Source: Comamonadaceae bacterium (lineage in GTDB: Bacteria > Pseudomonadota > Gammaproteobacteria > Burkholderiales > Burkholderiaceae_C). From it: a DNA stretch of 64,000 bases. Within the stretch, counting starts at the first letter, position 1; each line of letters opens with the position of its first letter. A program made the position numbers and the translations under genes. Below the pieces are notes generated by a model. That model saw nothing but the letters and a program-made list of their open reading frames with translations. It searched no databases and had not been told where the DNA came from. Below are positions 8,907-16,843 of the stretch, in pieces. The stretch spans positions 5,901-69,900 of the forward strand of contig CANJWZ010000017.1 in NCBI GenBank assembly GCA_947478725.1, written 5' to 3'.

Positions 8907-9209
8907 ATGGTCAGACTATTGGTTTGCTTTCTGTTTGCACTCTTAACAGGGCCTACAGCCGCCTTGGCTGCCACAACAAAGCTCAAGCAGGCTAAAGTGC
9001 AGCCCGCCGTGCTTTCGTGCACCCCATCGAAGTTCAACTCAATGGCGCACACTGTTCACCATCCGGCCGAGCGCATGCGAACGTCGTTGGCTTGGCTGAA
9101 AGCCCGCAACAGCATATGCACCATGGAGGAGAAGTTGTACATTCGGTCAAATCTGGGACATTGGCTGGGATCAGCGCTGACTGCAGAAATCGAGAGTGCG
9201 CTGGACTGA
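8907..9209 (+). CDS. Small hypothetical exported protein
   Basis: GGAGG ribosome-binding site, signal-peptide-like N-terminus (MVRLLVCFLFALLTGPTAALA), followed by a terminator. Confidence 0.5.
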   Translation: MVRLLVCFLFALLTGPTAALAATTKLKQAKVQPAVLSCTPSKFNSMAHTVHHPAERMRTSLAWLKARNSICTMEEKLYIRSNLGHWLGSALTAEIESALD

Positions 9210-9248
9210 TCATTCAAAGTTCTGTGCAGGCAGCACAGCGAGAACATG

Positions 9249-9274
9249 AAAGCCCGGACATGTCCGGGCTTTTT
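9249..9274 (+). terminator. Intrinsic terminator, possibly bidirectional
   Basis: Perfect palindrome AAAGCCCGGACATGTCCGGGCTTT followed by Ts. Confidence 0.75.
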
Positions 9275-9363
9275 AGTGAATTGTGGGAATGCCAAGCCAG
9301 GCTTTGTCAGACATTTGTTAACGCATCAAACGCGCCATGTCATTGAAAAGACCATCTCGCTTA

Positions 9364-9983
9364 TCAGGTCAAAGCGGTTTTGACGCGTTGCGGCGACATC
9401 GGCAAAGCACGCAGTCGTTTACCCGTGATTTGAAACACGGCGTTGGCGATCGCCGGTGCCACAGGCAACACCCCAATTTTCCCCATGCCAGTAGGCGCCG
9501 CATCAGACTTGACGAGCTTGGTATGGATTTCAGGCATGTCACTCATTCGCAGCACGGGGTAGTCATTGAAGTTCGATTGAACCGGCGCTCCGTTTTGGAT
9601 GGTCAATTCCTCAAGCAGTGCCACCGACAAACCAAATACGGCTGCCCCTCAAGTTGGGCCAACACGTTGGTGGGTTGGATGGCCATGCGCAAGGGTTTGT
9701 AGTAGCCAGGTATGGCCTCGCTTGCAAGAGAGGCTTGTCCGCCATTTGACAAAGGCAGGGCAGTCAGGGTGCCTTGTCCCATTGCGGCAGTGGGCACCAT
9801 CAAGCTGATGCTGTTATCTGTGCGAATCGTGATCCAAGCATTCAGTTTGAATGCGTTGTCAGCGGCAAGTGCATCCTTGCCGTTCATGCTCACGCCACCG
9901 AGTGCCAAAGAAAAGGTCAAGCCGCTGGCGCTGGCCAAAAATGTTCAGTGCTTCATGGCGTTTGTCTGTTGAGTCGTGGATAT
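9364..9983 (-). pseudogene. Eroded isoquinoline 1-oxidoreductase beta-like (IorB-type) molybdopterin subunit
   Basis: N-terminal NAWITIRTDNSISLMVPTAAMGQG is joined to C-terminal AQLEG/AAVFGLS...QSNFNDY...PAIANAVFQITGKRLRALP; most of the gene is deleted; ATG-to-ATA start, internal TGA and a frameshift. Confidence 0.8.
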
Positions 9984-9986
9984 GAT

Positions 9987-10199
9987 TTACGCCTCCTTCG
10001 CAGCACCTTGCACAATTTACCCAGATTGGCAGCAGCCACATTGCGGCACTTACTCGGCCACCCAAGCTTTTTGTAATTTGTGCTCGCCATGAAGAGACGG
10101 ACCTTCAATCGTGGTGATTTTTTTATCCACTACCGAAGAGATTGGCGTGACACAAGAACGCGTTGACTTGCCGTTAACCTGGAGCGGCATGGTGCTCAT
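9987..10199 (-). pseudogene. Eroded IorA-type 2Fe-2S subunit
   Basis: Reads MSTMPLQVNGKSTRSCVTPISSVVDKKITTIEG...KLQKAWVAE*VPQCGCCQSG*; two TAA stops, and the first Cys cluster is deleted. Confidence 0.78.
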
Positions 10200-10329
10200 G
10201 CTTGACCTTTTATGTTTCAAATGAATTGTGTGTAAGAGATATTCTTAATTTAGCGTTTATTCTGATCAGGGTTTGCACTGGCCTGTGTCGCTCGTGTTTA
10301 AGTGACGCCTACAAAACACTACCAGCACG

Positions 10330-12645
10330 TCATGGCCTGCGCGGTGCGGCCAGCATGGCAGCCCATAACTTGGCTGGTGTGAAGGGCATGTCGATGGGCG
10401 GTGCGCCCACCTGGCGCAATGCGTCAGTGACTGCGTTGGCCAAGGCCGGTAACGAGCCCGAGCAACCCGACTCACCAACGCCTTTGGATCCCAACAAATT
10501 GAGCGCTGTGTGCACGGCATGGGTTTCGTGGTGAAAGTGGCGCACTAAACCGCCCGCACGCGGCATGGGGTAGTCCATGTAGGAGCCCGTCAACAGTTGG
10601 CCGGTTTCGCGGTCGTAAATGGCATGCTCGCCAAAGGCTTGCCCCATGCCCTGCACCACCCCGCCTTGCACTTGGCCCAGCACCTGCTCAGGTGAGATGA
10701 CCAGACCCACATCATCAACCGCCCAGTAGTGCGCCACCTCGGCCACGCCGGTGGCAATATGGATTTCGACCTCTGCGATATGGCAGCCATTGGGGAAGGT
10801 CATCCCAGAGGTGGCCTCACCCACGGCATGTACTTGGGCCGCTTGAGCGCCCAAGCTGGTGATCCAGTCGGCAAAGTGCAAACGGCGTTTTGCGCCACCC
10901 ACCTCTTGCCACTCACCTTTGACATGGGTGATGTCTGCTTCGACACATGTCCACAATGCCGCGATGGCGGGCTTGGTCTGGGTCATCAATTGTTGGCACA
11001 GGTTTTTGATCGCGCTGCCCACGCCGTACAAGGTGCGCGAGCCACCGGTGGTGTTGCCCACCAGGCCTTGTTGGGGCTCGCCAGCGAGATAGCGCACGGC
11101 ACTGGCGGGCAGGCCGATTTCGTTTTCCACAATTTGTGCAAAGCTGGTTTCGTGGCCTTGGCCCGAGGCACCGGTCAGGGCATGCAGCGACAGAACTCCT
11201 TGCGCGTCAAAGCTGCCACGCACTTGGTCTTTGGCAGCACCGCCTGGGCCAGACGCCTCCAAGTAATAAGCCAAGCCGCGTCCGAGCAAACAGCCGCGCT
11301 GTAAAGCATCGGCGCGGCGCTGGGCAAAGCCTTGGGGTTCGCTCATGCCGATGGCGTGGTCCATCACCGCCTCAAACTGGCCGCTGTCGTACACCGTTTG
11401 GTTTGCGGTAGTGTAGGGAAAGGCTTGGGGCGATATGAAGTTTTTCCGGCGAATGGCCAGGCCGTCCAGCCCGTGTTGGTGCGCAGCGTGGTCGATCAAG
11501 CGGTCGATGGCATAAGCAATATCAGGCCGCCCCGCGCCCCGGTAAGCAGACACCGGCACGGTGTTGGTGAAGTAGATGTGGGACGACATGTGAAGGGCCG
11601 GCACTTGATAGGCACCACCCATGGTGATGGACAGGTTGCGCGCCCCAATGTGGGTACTGTAGTAGACGTTATAGGCACCGACATCGACCTGATTTTCAAA
11701 CCGCATGGCCAAGATGTGGCCTAGCGCGTCCAGTGCAATATGCCCGTGCAAGCGCAGTGCACGGCCATGCCAATCGCTGACAAAAACCTCCGAGCGCGAG
11801 CCCACCCAACGCACCGGCTTTTTGAGTTGGCGCGTTGACAGCATCACCAAAAGATGCTCGCTGTAGGCCGTACCGCGCAGCCCAAACGAGCCTCCCACAT
11901 CATGGGTGTGCACTTCCATGCTTTCGTGCGGCCAACGCGTGATGGTTGCCAAAAACCCCGCCATGCCGCTTACCCCTTGGGTGGGGGTATGCACGTGAGT
12001 CACGCCCTTGGTCTCGTCATGCCAGGCCCATACCGTACGCGGCTCCATCGGCGAGCCCACCAAGCGTTGGCTCTCGATGGCGATATCGCTGACAAAATGG
12101 GCTTTGGCAAAGGCCGCATCCACGGCAGCGCGGTCGCCTGCTTCGAACTTGACCGAGGTGTTGCGCGGCGCTTTGGCGTGCAACTGCACCGCCCCAGCGG
12201 AGGTGGCGTCTTCAAAGGTGACCACCACGTCCAAGCTGTCATAGTCGATCTGCGCCAGTTCGGCTGCGTCTTGCGCTTGCAGGGCCGTGTCGGCCACCAC
12301 CCAGGCTACCGGTTGGCCAACGTACAAAACCTTGTCATGCGCCAACACCGGCATGTGGCACACCGTTTGCGGTTGTCCTTTCGGGTCATTGACCTGCACC
12401 ACATTAGGCAAGTCGGTAAAACCCGCGGCTTGCACGTCTTGTGCGGTCAGCACCTGTCGCACACCTGTGGCGGTATGCACCGCGCTCATGTCCAAGCGGG
12501 TGATGCGTGCATGCGCATGGGGCGAACGGATGACATGGCCAAAGAGCATGCCCGCCGCCTGTGCGTCGGCACTGAACTGACCGGTGCCTGTGATCAGACG
12601 TTGGTCTTCTTTGCGCAGCAAAGCGTGTGGGGTGACGGCGTTCAT
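10330..12645 (-). CDS. Xanthine dehydrogenase-family molybdopterin large subunit (CoxL form II-like)
   Basis: RKEDQRLITGTGQF, GGSFG, AYRGAGR active-site loop, GQGHETSFAQ, KGVGESG; start at MNAVTPH. Confidence 0.9.
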   Translation of the reverse strand: MNAVTPHALLRKEDQRLITGTGQFSADAQAAGMLFGHVIRSPHAHARITRLDMSAVHTATGVRQVLTAQDVQAAGFTDLPNVVQVNDPKGQPQTVCHMPVLAHDKVLYVGQPVAWVVADTALQAQDAAELAQIDYDSLDVVVTFEDATSAGAVQLHAKAPRNTSVKFEAGDRAAVDAAFAKAHFVSDIAIESQRLVGSPMEPRTVWAWHDETKGVTHVHTPTQGVSGMAGFLATITRWPHESMEVHTHDVGGSFGLRGTAYSEHLLVMLSTRQLKKPVRWVGSRSEVFVSDWHGRALRLHGHIALDALGHILAMRFENQVDVGAYNVYYSTHIGARNLSITMGGAYQVPALHMSSHIYFTNTVPVSAYRGAGRPDIAYAIDRLIDHAAHQHGLDGLAIRRKNFISPQAFPYTTANQTVYDSGQFEAVMDHAIGMSEPQGFAQRRADALQRGCLLGRGLAYYLEASGPGGAAKDQVRGSFDAQGVLSLHALTGASGQGHETSFAQIVENEIGLPASAVRYLAGEPQQGLVGNTTGGSRTLYGVGSAIKNLCQQLMTQTKPAIAALWTCVEADITHVKGEWQEVGGAKRRLHFADWITSLGAQAAQVHAVGEATSGMTFPNGCHIAEVEIHIATGVAEVAHYWAVDDVGLVISPEQVLGQVQGGVVQGMGQAFGEHAIYDRETGQLLTGSYMDYPMPRAGGLVRHFHHETHAVHTALNLLGSKGVGESGCSGSLPALANAVTDALRQVGAPPIDMPFTPAKLWAAMLAAPRRP

Positions 12646-13112
12646 GGCGCGCCCCCTAGCATGGCTTGGCTGGCTTGCTGCACTGCGTGGATGATGTTGA
12701 CATACCCCGTGCAGCGGCACAGGTTGCCCGACAAGCCCTCGGCAATTTCCGCCGGCGTTGGTTTGGGGTTTCGCCTCAACAAGTCGACCGATGCCATCAC
12801 CATGCCTGGTGTGCAAAAGCCGCATTGCAAACCATGGCACTGCGAAAACGCTTGCTGTACAGGGTGCAAGCCATTGGCACCCAAGCCTTCGATGGTGGTG
12901 ACCGTGCACCCATCGGCTTGCATTGCCAGCATGGTGCACGACTTGACTGCTTGGTTGTCCACATGCACGGTGCAACAACCGCATTGCGAGGTGTCGCAAC
13001 CCACATGGGTGCCGGTCATGCCAAAGGTGTCGCGCAACAAGTCGGCCAACAAAGTGCGCTCGGGCACATCGGCGTCGCGGGGTGTGCCATTGAGGGTAAG
13101 GTTGATTTTCAT
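12642..13112 (-). CDS. 2x[2Fe-2S] small subunit (CoxS-like)
   Basis: GCDTSQCGCC, QCGFCTPG, NLCRCTGY. Confidence 0.92.
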   Translation of the reverse strand: MKINLTLNGTPRDADVPERTLLADLLRDTFGMTGTHVGCDTSQCGCCTVHVDNQAVKSCTMLAMQADGCTVTTIEGLGANGLHPVQQAFSQCHGLQCGFCTPGMVMASVDLLRRNPKPTPAEIAEGLSGNLCRCTGYVNIIHAVQQASQAMLGGAP

Positions 13113-13152
13113 CCGAGGGTATGGCGCTGCTCAGCAACGCGGTTTTGAGTTG

Positions 13153-13947
13153 TCAAAAAGCTTGGCAGGCTTGCACCAGCATCAGCATGGCCAAGTGGGT
13201 GCGATAAGCCGCTGGCGCATGCACGTCGTCAATCACGTCATCGCGCTGCAAGGCGGGCGTGGTCGTGCCCTTTGCCAAGGCTTGCTCGGCTTCATGCCAA
13301 CGAAACACGCCATTGGCAACGCCCGTGACGGCCACCCGCCACCCACCATGATCTGCGCCCGCAGGAGGGTACTGCGCCACAAACACGCCGGCCATTGCAT
13401 AGCCCGATGCAGGGTGTTTGAATTTGGCGTAGGCACTGCGCAGTGGGGTGCGAAAGCGCACGCCAGTGATGATTTCATCGGGTTGCAAAGCAGTTGCAAA
13501 CATACCCAGAAAAAAATCGTCGGCCGCAATGCTGCGCTGATCGGTGACGATGTCCGCTTGCAAGGCCAATGCGGCAGCGGGGTAATCTGCACTGGGGTCG
13601 TTGTTGGCCAACGAGCCGCCCAAGGTGCCGCGTGCACGCACCTGCGGGTCGCCAATCAACCCTGCCAGTTGCGCCAAGCCGGGCATGGCTTTTTGCAAGC
13701 CCACATGAGCGGCCACGTCTTGGTGGCGCGTGGCCGCACCCACCCACCAATGATCGACTTGTTCACGCACACCGATCAGGTCAGGTAAGCGCGCCAAGTC
13801 AATCAGCGCGGTAGGCGCGGTCAAGCGGTGCTTCATCGACGGTAACAAAGTCATCCCCCCCGACAAAACCTTGGCTGCGTCGTCGGCACGCAAGGCCGCT
13901 GCCGCCGAGGTCACCGATTCGGCGCGTTGATATTTAAATGCATACAC
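13153..13947 (-). CDS. FAD-binding medium subunit (CoxM-like)
   Basis: LSGGMTLLP, RARGTLGGSLANNDPSADYP; GTG start behind GGAGGAG. Confidence 0.9.
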   Translation of the reverse strand: MYAFKYQRAESVTSAAAALRADDAAKVLSGGMTLLPSMKHRLTAPTALIDLARLPDLIGVREQVDHWWVGAATRHQDVAAHVGLQKAMPGLAQLAGLIGDPQVRARGTLGGSLANNDPSADYPAAALALQADIVTDQRSIAADDFFLGMFATALQPDEIITGVRFRTPLRSAYAKFKHPASGYAMAGVFVAQYPPAGADHGGWRVAVTGVANGVFRWHEAEQALAKGTTTPALQRDDVIDDVHAPAAYRTHLAMLMLVQACQAF

Positions 13948-14102
13948 CTGCAACTCCTCCATAAAACCGGGTCTCCGGCTCAGCTTGCAATCTAACCTAA
14001 ATGCGGGCACACCTTGTAAACGGTTGCGACTGGGGGTGTACTGAATTTTTAGAAGTCTACGCCAACAAATAAGGTAGGCCTGATAAATTCAGCATTGCAG
14101 CG

Positions 14103-14306
14103 TTAGGCTAATTTGTTGAAGTGGCGTTGGTGCCGGATCGACAGCAAGTAAATGGTGGTGTCAAAGCGTACGTACAGCAGAAGGTCATGTGAGATCACAT
14201 ATTTGCGTATCTCACCATCTTTAGCCATTTGACCGAAAACCTGACGGGGATTGAGGACTCCGAGCTGATCAACTTCTTGGTCATCCGTCAGTCCTGAAAA
14301 AACCAA
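14103..14306 (-). pseudogene. RelE/ParE-like toxin C-terminal fragment
   Basis: IRKYVISHDLLLYVRFDTTIYLLSIRHQR resembles a RelE/ParE C-terminus; no N-terminus and no antitoxin. Confidence 0.5.
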
Positions 14307-14308
14307 TG

Positions 14309-14348
14309 TTGACGGATAAGTGCGTGGTATATATCATGTAGCATACCA
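14309..14348 (+). promoter_or_regulatory. vapBC promoter and operator
   Basis: TTGACG-17-TATCAT; inverted repeat TGGTAT-N12-ATACCA spans the -10. Confidence 0.65.
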
Positions 14349-14367
14349 TCCAGTAAAGGGGCTCAAA

Positions 14368-14619
14368 ATGCAGCAAACCGCAAAAATATTCGCCACAGGT
14401 CGCAGTCAGGCTGTGCGCTTGCCGCTGGAGTTTCGTTTCGACGTGTCGGAAGTTTTTATCCGCCACGACCCTGTCACGGGCGATGTGGTGCTGTCGCGTA
14501 AACCAACAGACTGGCAAGGCTTGCTCGACGTGGTGGCAAACAACAAAGATGATGACCTGTTGATCGAGCGCCGCCAAACCCATGCGCGACGTGACCCCTT
14601 TGAGGGCGTGGACGAATGA
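14368..14619 (+). CDS. vapB: VapB antitoxin (AbrB fold)
   Basis: [21 protein letters not shown]. Confidence 0.9.
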   Translation: MQQTAKIFATGRSQAVRLPLEFRFDVSEVFIRHDPVTGDVVLSRKPTDWQGLLDVVANNKDDDLLIERRQTHARRDPFEGVDE

Positions 14620-15020
14620 GCCAGCGCTACATGCTTGACACCAACGTCGTCAGCCACATCATGCAAGGGCGCGATGCCCAATTACTGGCGCACTTGACGA
14701 AAGTACCCGTGGGACAGGCCGTCATGTCGAGCGTCACCCTTGCAGAGCTGGAATACGGTTTGCACCGCAAGGGGCAACCCGTTCGTTTGCGCAATGCCCT
14801 GAGGCAAGTGCTACTTCGAATAGACGTGTTGCCTTGGGATGAAGGCGTAGCAACTTGTTATGGTGAGTTTTGTGTCACGCTGGAAGCCCAAGGCATCAAC
14901 CTCAGCGACTTTGACATGATGATCGCTGCCCACGCGGTCACAGCAGATGCAACGCTGGTCAGCCGTGACAAGGCGTTTGCACAGGTGCCCGGGGGCCGCT
15001 TGAGGCTGGAGATTTGGTAG
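14616..15020 (+). CDS. vapC: VapC PIN toxin
   Basis: [30 protein letters not shown]; ATGA overlap with vapB. Confidence 0.9.
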   Translation: MSQRYMLDTNVVSHIMQGRDAQLLAHLTKVPVGQAVMSSVTLAELEYGLHRKGQPVRLRNALRQVLLRIDVLPWDEGVATCYGEFCVTLEAQGINLSDFDMMIAAHAVTADATLVSRDKAFAQVPGGRLRLEIW

Positions 15021-15144
15021 CCACAATGACGTGCGCCCTGCTCTACAGCGCGGCCGCCGCTCAGACCTGGGCCTTTACCGCACGGCAGCGCATCGCACAT
15101 TTGGATTCGAATGGTCGGCGGGTGCTTAGCGCTTTGTCGCCGGG

Positions 15145-16614
15145 TCAGAGACTGCCGTCGTCAAACGTTCCGTAAGCGAGATTCTCCGGTCGCATGGTTC
15201 CGGCACCTGGCAGAGGCGCCTTCAATATCGCTTCGATGTTGAGAACACCCGCTCCGTAGTTGCCCTCGTCATCTGCAGTCCAGTTGCCGGGAGTAACGTA
15301 TCTCGTTGCCAAGTATTTGAATACCTTTGGTATCTGCCAGAGGCCAGTTGGTCCATATTTATCGCGAAGCGCATCTATGCCGTGCCATGCAAGCCAAAGG
15401 GCTGCTGCACCAGAGCAGCAAGCAGTTGCATAGGATGTGCCATCTCCAGTCTGGTCTGCTAATTCGGTGGCGGTTGTCTTTGGGGGCAATGACTCAGCCC
15501 GAATCCGCCTGATGCTGTCGGCAGGCCCCGACAAATCGACATGGATGCCTTTTGCGGCGCTGCGCCAAGGCTTCAGCCCCGGGCCCACTCCTCCCATCGT
15601 GACACAACGATTGAATCGCCCGGGATAAATGACCTCGCCCCAAACCTGCCCCGCAGCGCAAACAACAATCAATCCCGCTTCATAGGCGGCGTCGAGTGAA
15701 GCCGCCAAGCTCTTTGATGGTCGAAGGGCACCCAGCGAAATGTTCACCACATGGCAGTTTGTCGCGATGGCCTTGTCAATGGCATCTCTGACACTGTTTT
15801 GCACATGGTCAATGATCACAGAATCCGTGACCCGAAAAGGAATGATTTGGACGCCCGGCGCAACACCATAAAAAGGCCCCCCGTTTGCCGTCGGGTAGTA
15901 CCCTGCAATGGCGGCGCTGATGCGCGTACCGTGCCCAGGAAAGCCGGGCAGGAACGGGTCTCTTGGGCCATCCGTATCAGCAGAACCGTCCCAGAAGTCT
16001 TTGCCTTCATCAGCACGCACGGTACTGCTTTGGCCATGTTCCCAGCCAAGTGCGGCATGCTCGGTATATCCAGTATCGATGTGTGCCACACGGATTCCCG
16101 CCCAAGGCAGGGAGCCCGCAAAGTGCGGGTCGGCTGCAAACATGCGCCATGCGGCAACCGCATTGACTCCCCTGTCATCAATATGCCAGTCATACGGACC
16201 GGCAAAGCGTTCTGGAACGAAGGCCGCCTCGTCGATTTTCTGTGGGGGCGGATTGACCGCTATCACCTTGGGTGAACTCATCAATTCCCCATCCACCACC
16301 ATCGAACCACGTGTTGTCAGCGCGACGTATGCGTCCATCAACAAGCGATTGGTGTGCGTGGCACCCCAATTTAGCAAGCAGGCATTCCAGGCATCGGAAG
16401 ATGCCAAATTCAGTTTTTGGCAGATGCTTTGTTCCACCGCATGTGGAATCACAAACACGTTCGCAGAAGGCCCCGCGACAAGCGCGGACATAGTGCCCTC
16501 AGGAGAAAGCACAGCCTGTAGTCGCTTCAGGAACTGGAGTTGCTTGGTCTTGCTGTCTGGTAACAGTACGGTCGTGATTTCGACATTTGTAAGGTCATTG
16601 ACATAGTCACTCAT
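15145..16614 (-). CDS. S8 (subtilisin-like) serine protease, no signal peptide
   Basis: Catalytic triad motifs HIDTG, GHGT and GDGTSYA; oxyanion-hole region VCAAG; AGGAGG ribosome-binding site. Confidence 0.88.
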   Translation of the reverse strand: MSDYVNDLTNVEITTVLLPDSKTKQLQFLKRLQAVLSPEGTMSALVAGPSANVFVIPHAVEQSICQKLNLASSDAWNACLLNWGATHTNRLLMDAYVALTTRGSMVVDGELMSSPKVIAVNPPPQKIDEAAFVPERFAGPYDWHIDDRGVNAVAAWRMFAADPHFAGSLPWAGIRVAHIDTGYTEHAALGWEHGQSSTVRADEGKDFWDGSADTDGPRDPFLPGFPGHGTRISAAIAGYYPTANGGPFYGVAPGVQIIPFRVTDSVIIDHVQNSVRDAIDKAIATNCHVVNISLGALRPSKSLAASLDAAYEAGLIVVCAAGQVWGEVIYPGRFNRCVTMGGVGPGLKPWRSAAKGIHVDLSGPADSIRRIRAESLPPKTTATELADQTGDGTSYATACCSGAAALWLAWHGIDALRDKYGPTGLWQIPKVFKYLATRYVTPGNWTADDEGNYGAGVLNIEAILKAPLPGAGTMRPENLAYGTFDDGSL

Positions 16615-16642
16615 GAAATACCTCCTGTGGTTGAATAAATTT

Positions 16643-16795
16643 CTAAATAAGCCTGAACACCTTCATCACCTCATCCCCCAGGTGATTGATCACCTTCACC
16701 GCCACCCGCACCGCTTTGTTGTTGGTGTACGGCTTGTCGTACAGCAACACCAACTAGGCCATGGCAGCGCTCGCCGCGTCGATCTTTTTCTGGCG
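16643..16795 (-). pseudogene. Relic of a second type III mod methyltransferase gene (two fused distant segments)
   Basis: Reads RQKKIDAASAAMA*LVLLYDKPYTNNKAVRVA-VKVINHLGDEVMKVFRLI*; parallels RQKMQAEMDRSIAAQADSETLYDQP and the C-terminal AVKIVDDRGIESLKVMRL of the intact Mod. Confidence 0.7.
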
Positions 16796-16843
16796 ACTGC
16801 TGCGCGGTTGCATTGGCGCGTACGCCCAAAATTTCGTGATGGT

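Noticed and set aside
10330-12645. Annotation as a true aerobic CO dehydrogenase (coxL form I)
   Set aside because: The loop is AYRGAGR rather than AYxCSFR, and accessory cox genes are absent.
10330-13137. Extended ORF-track starts (935-aa CoxL, 835-aa decarboxylase, 1135-aa Mod, 1053-aa Cas9)
   Set aside because: The extensions overlap neighbouring genes or regulatory DNA; downstream starts fit ribosome-binding sites and family N-termini better.
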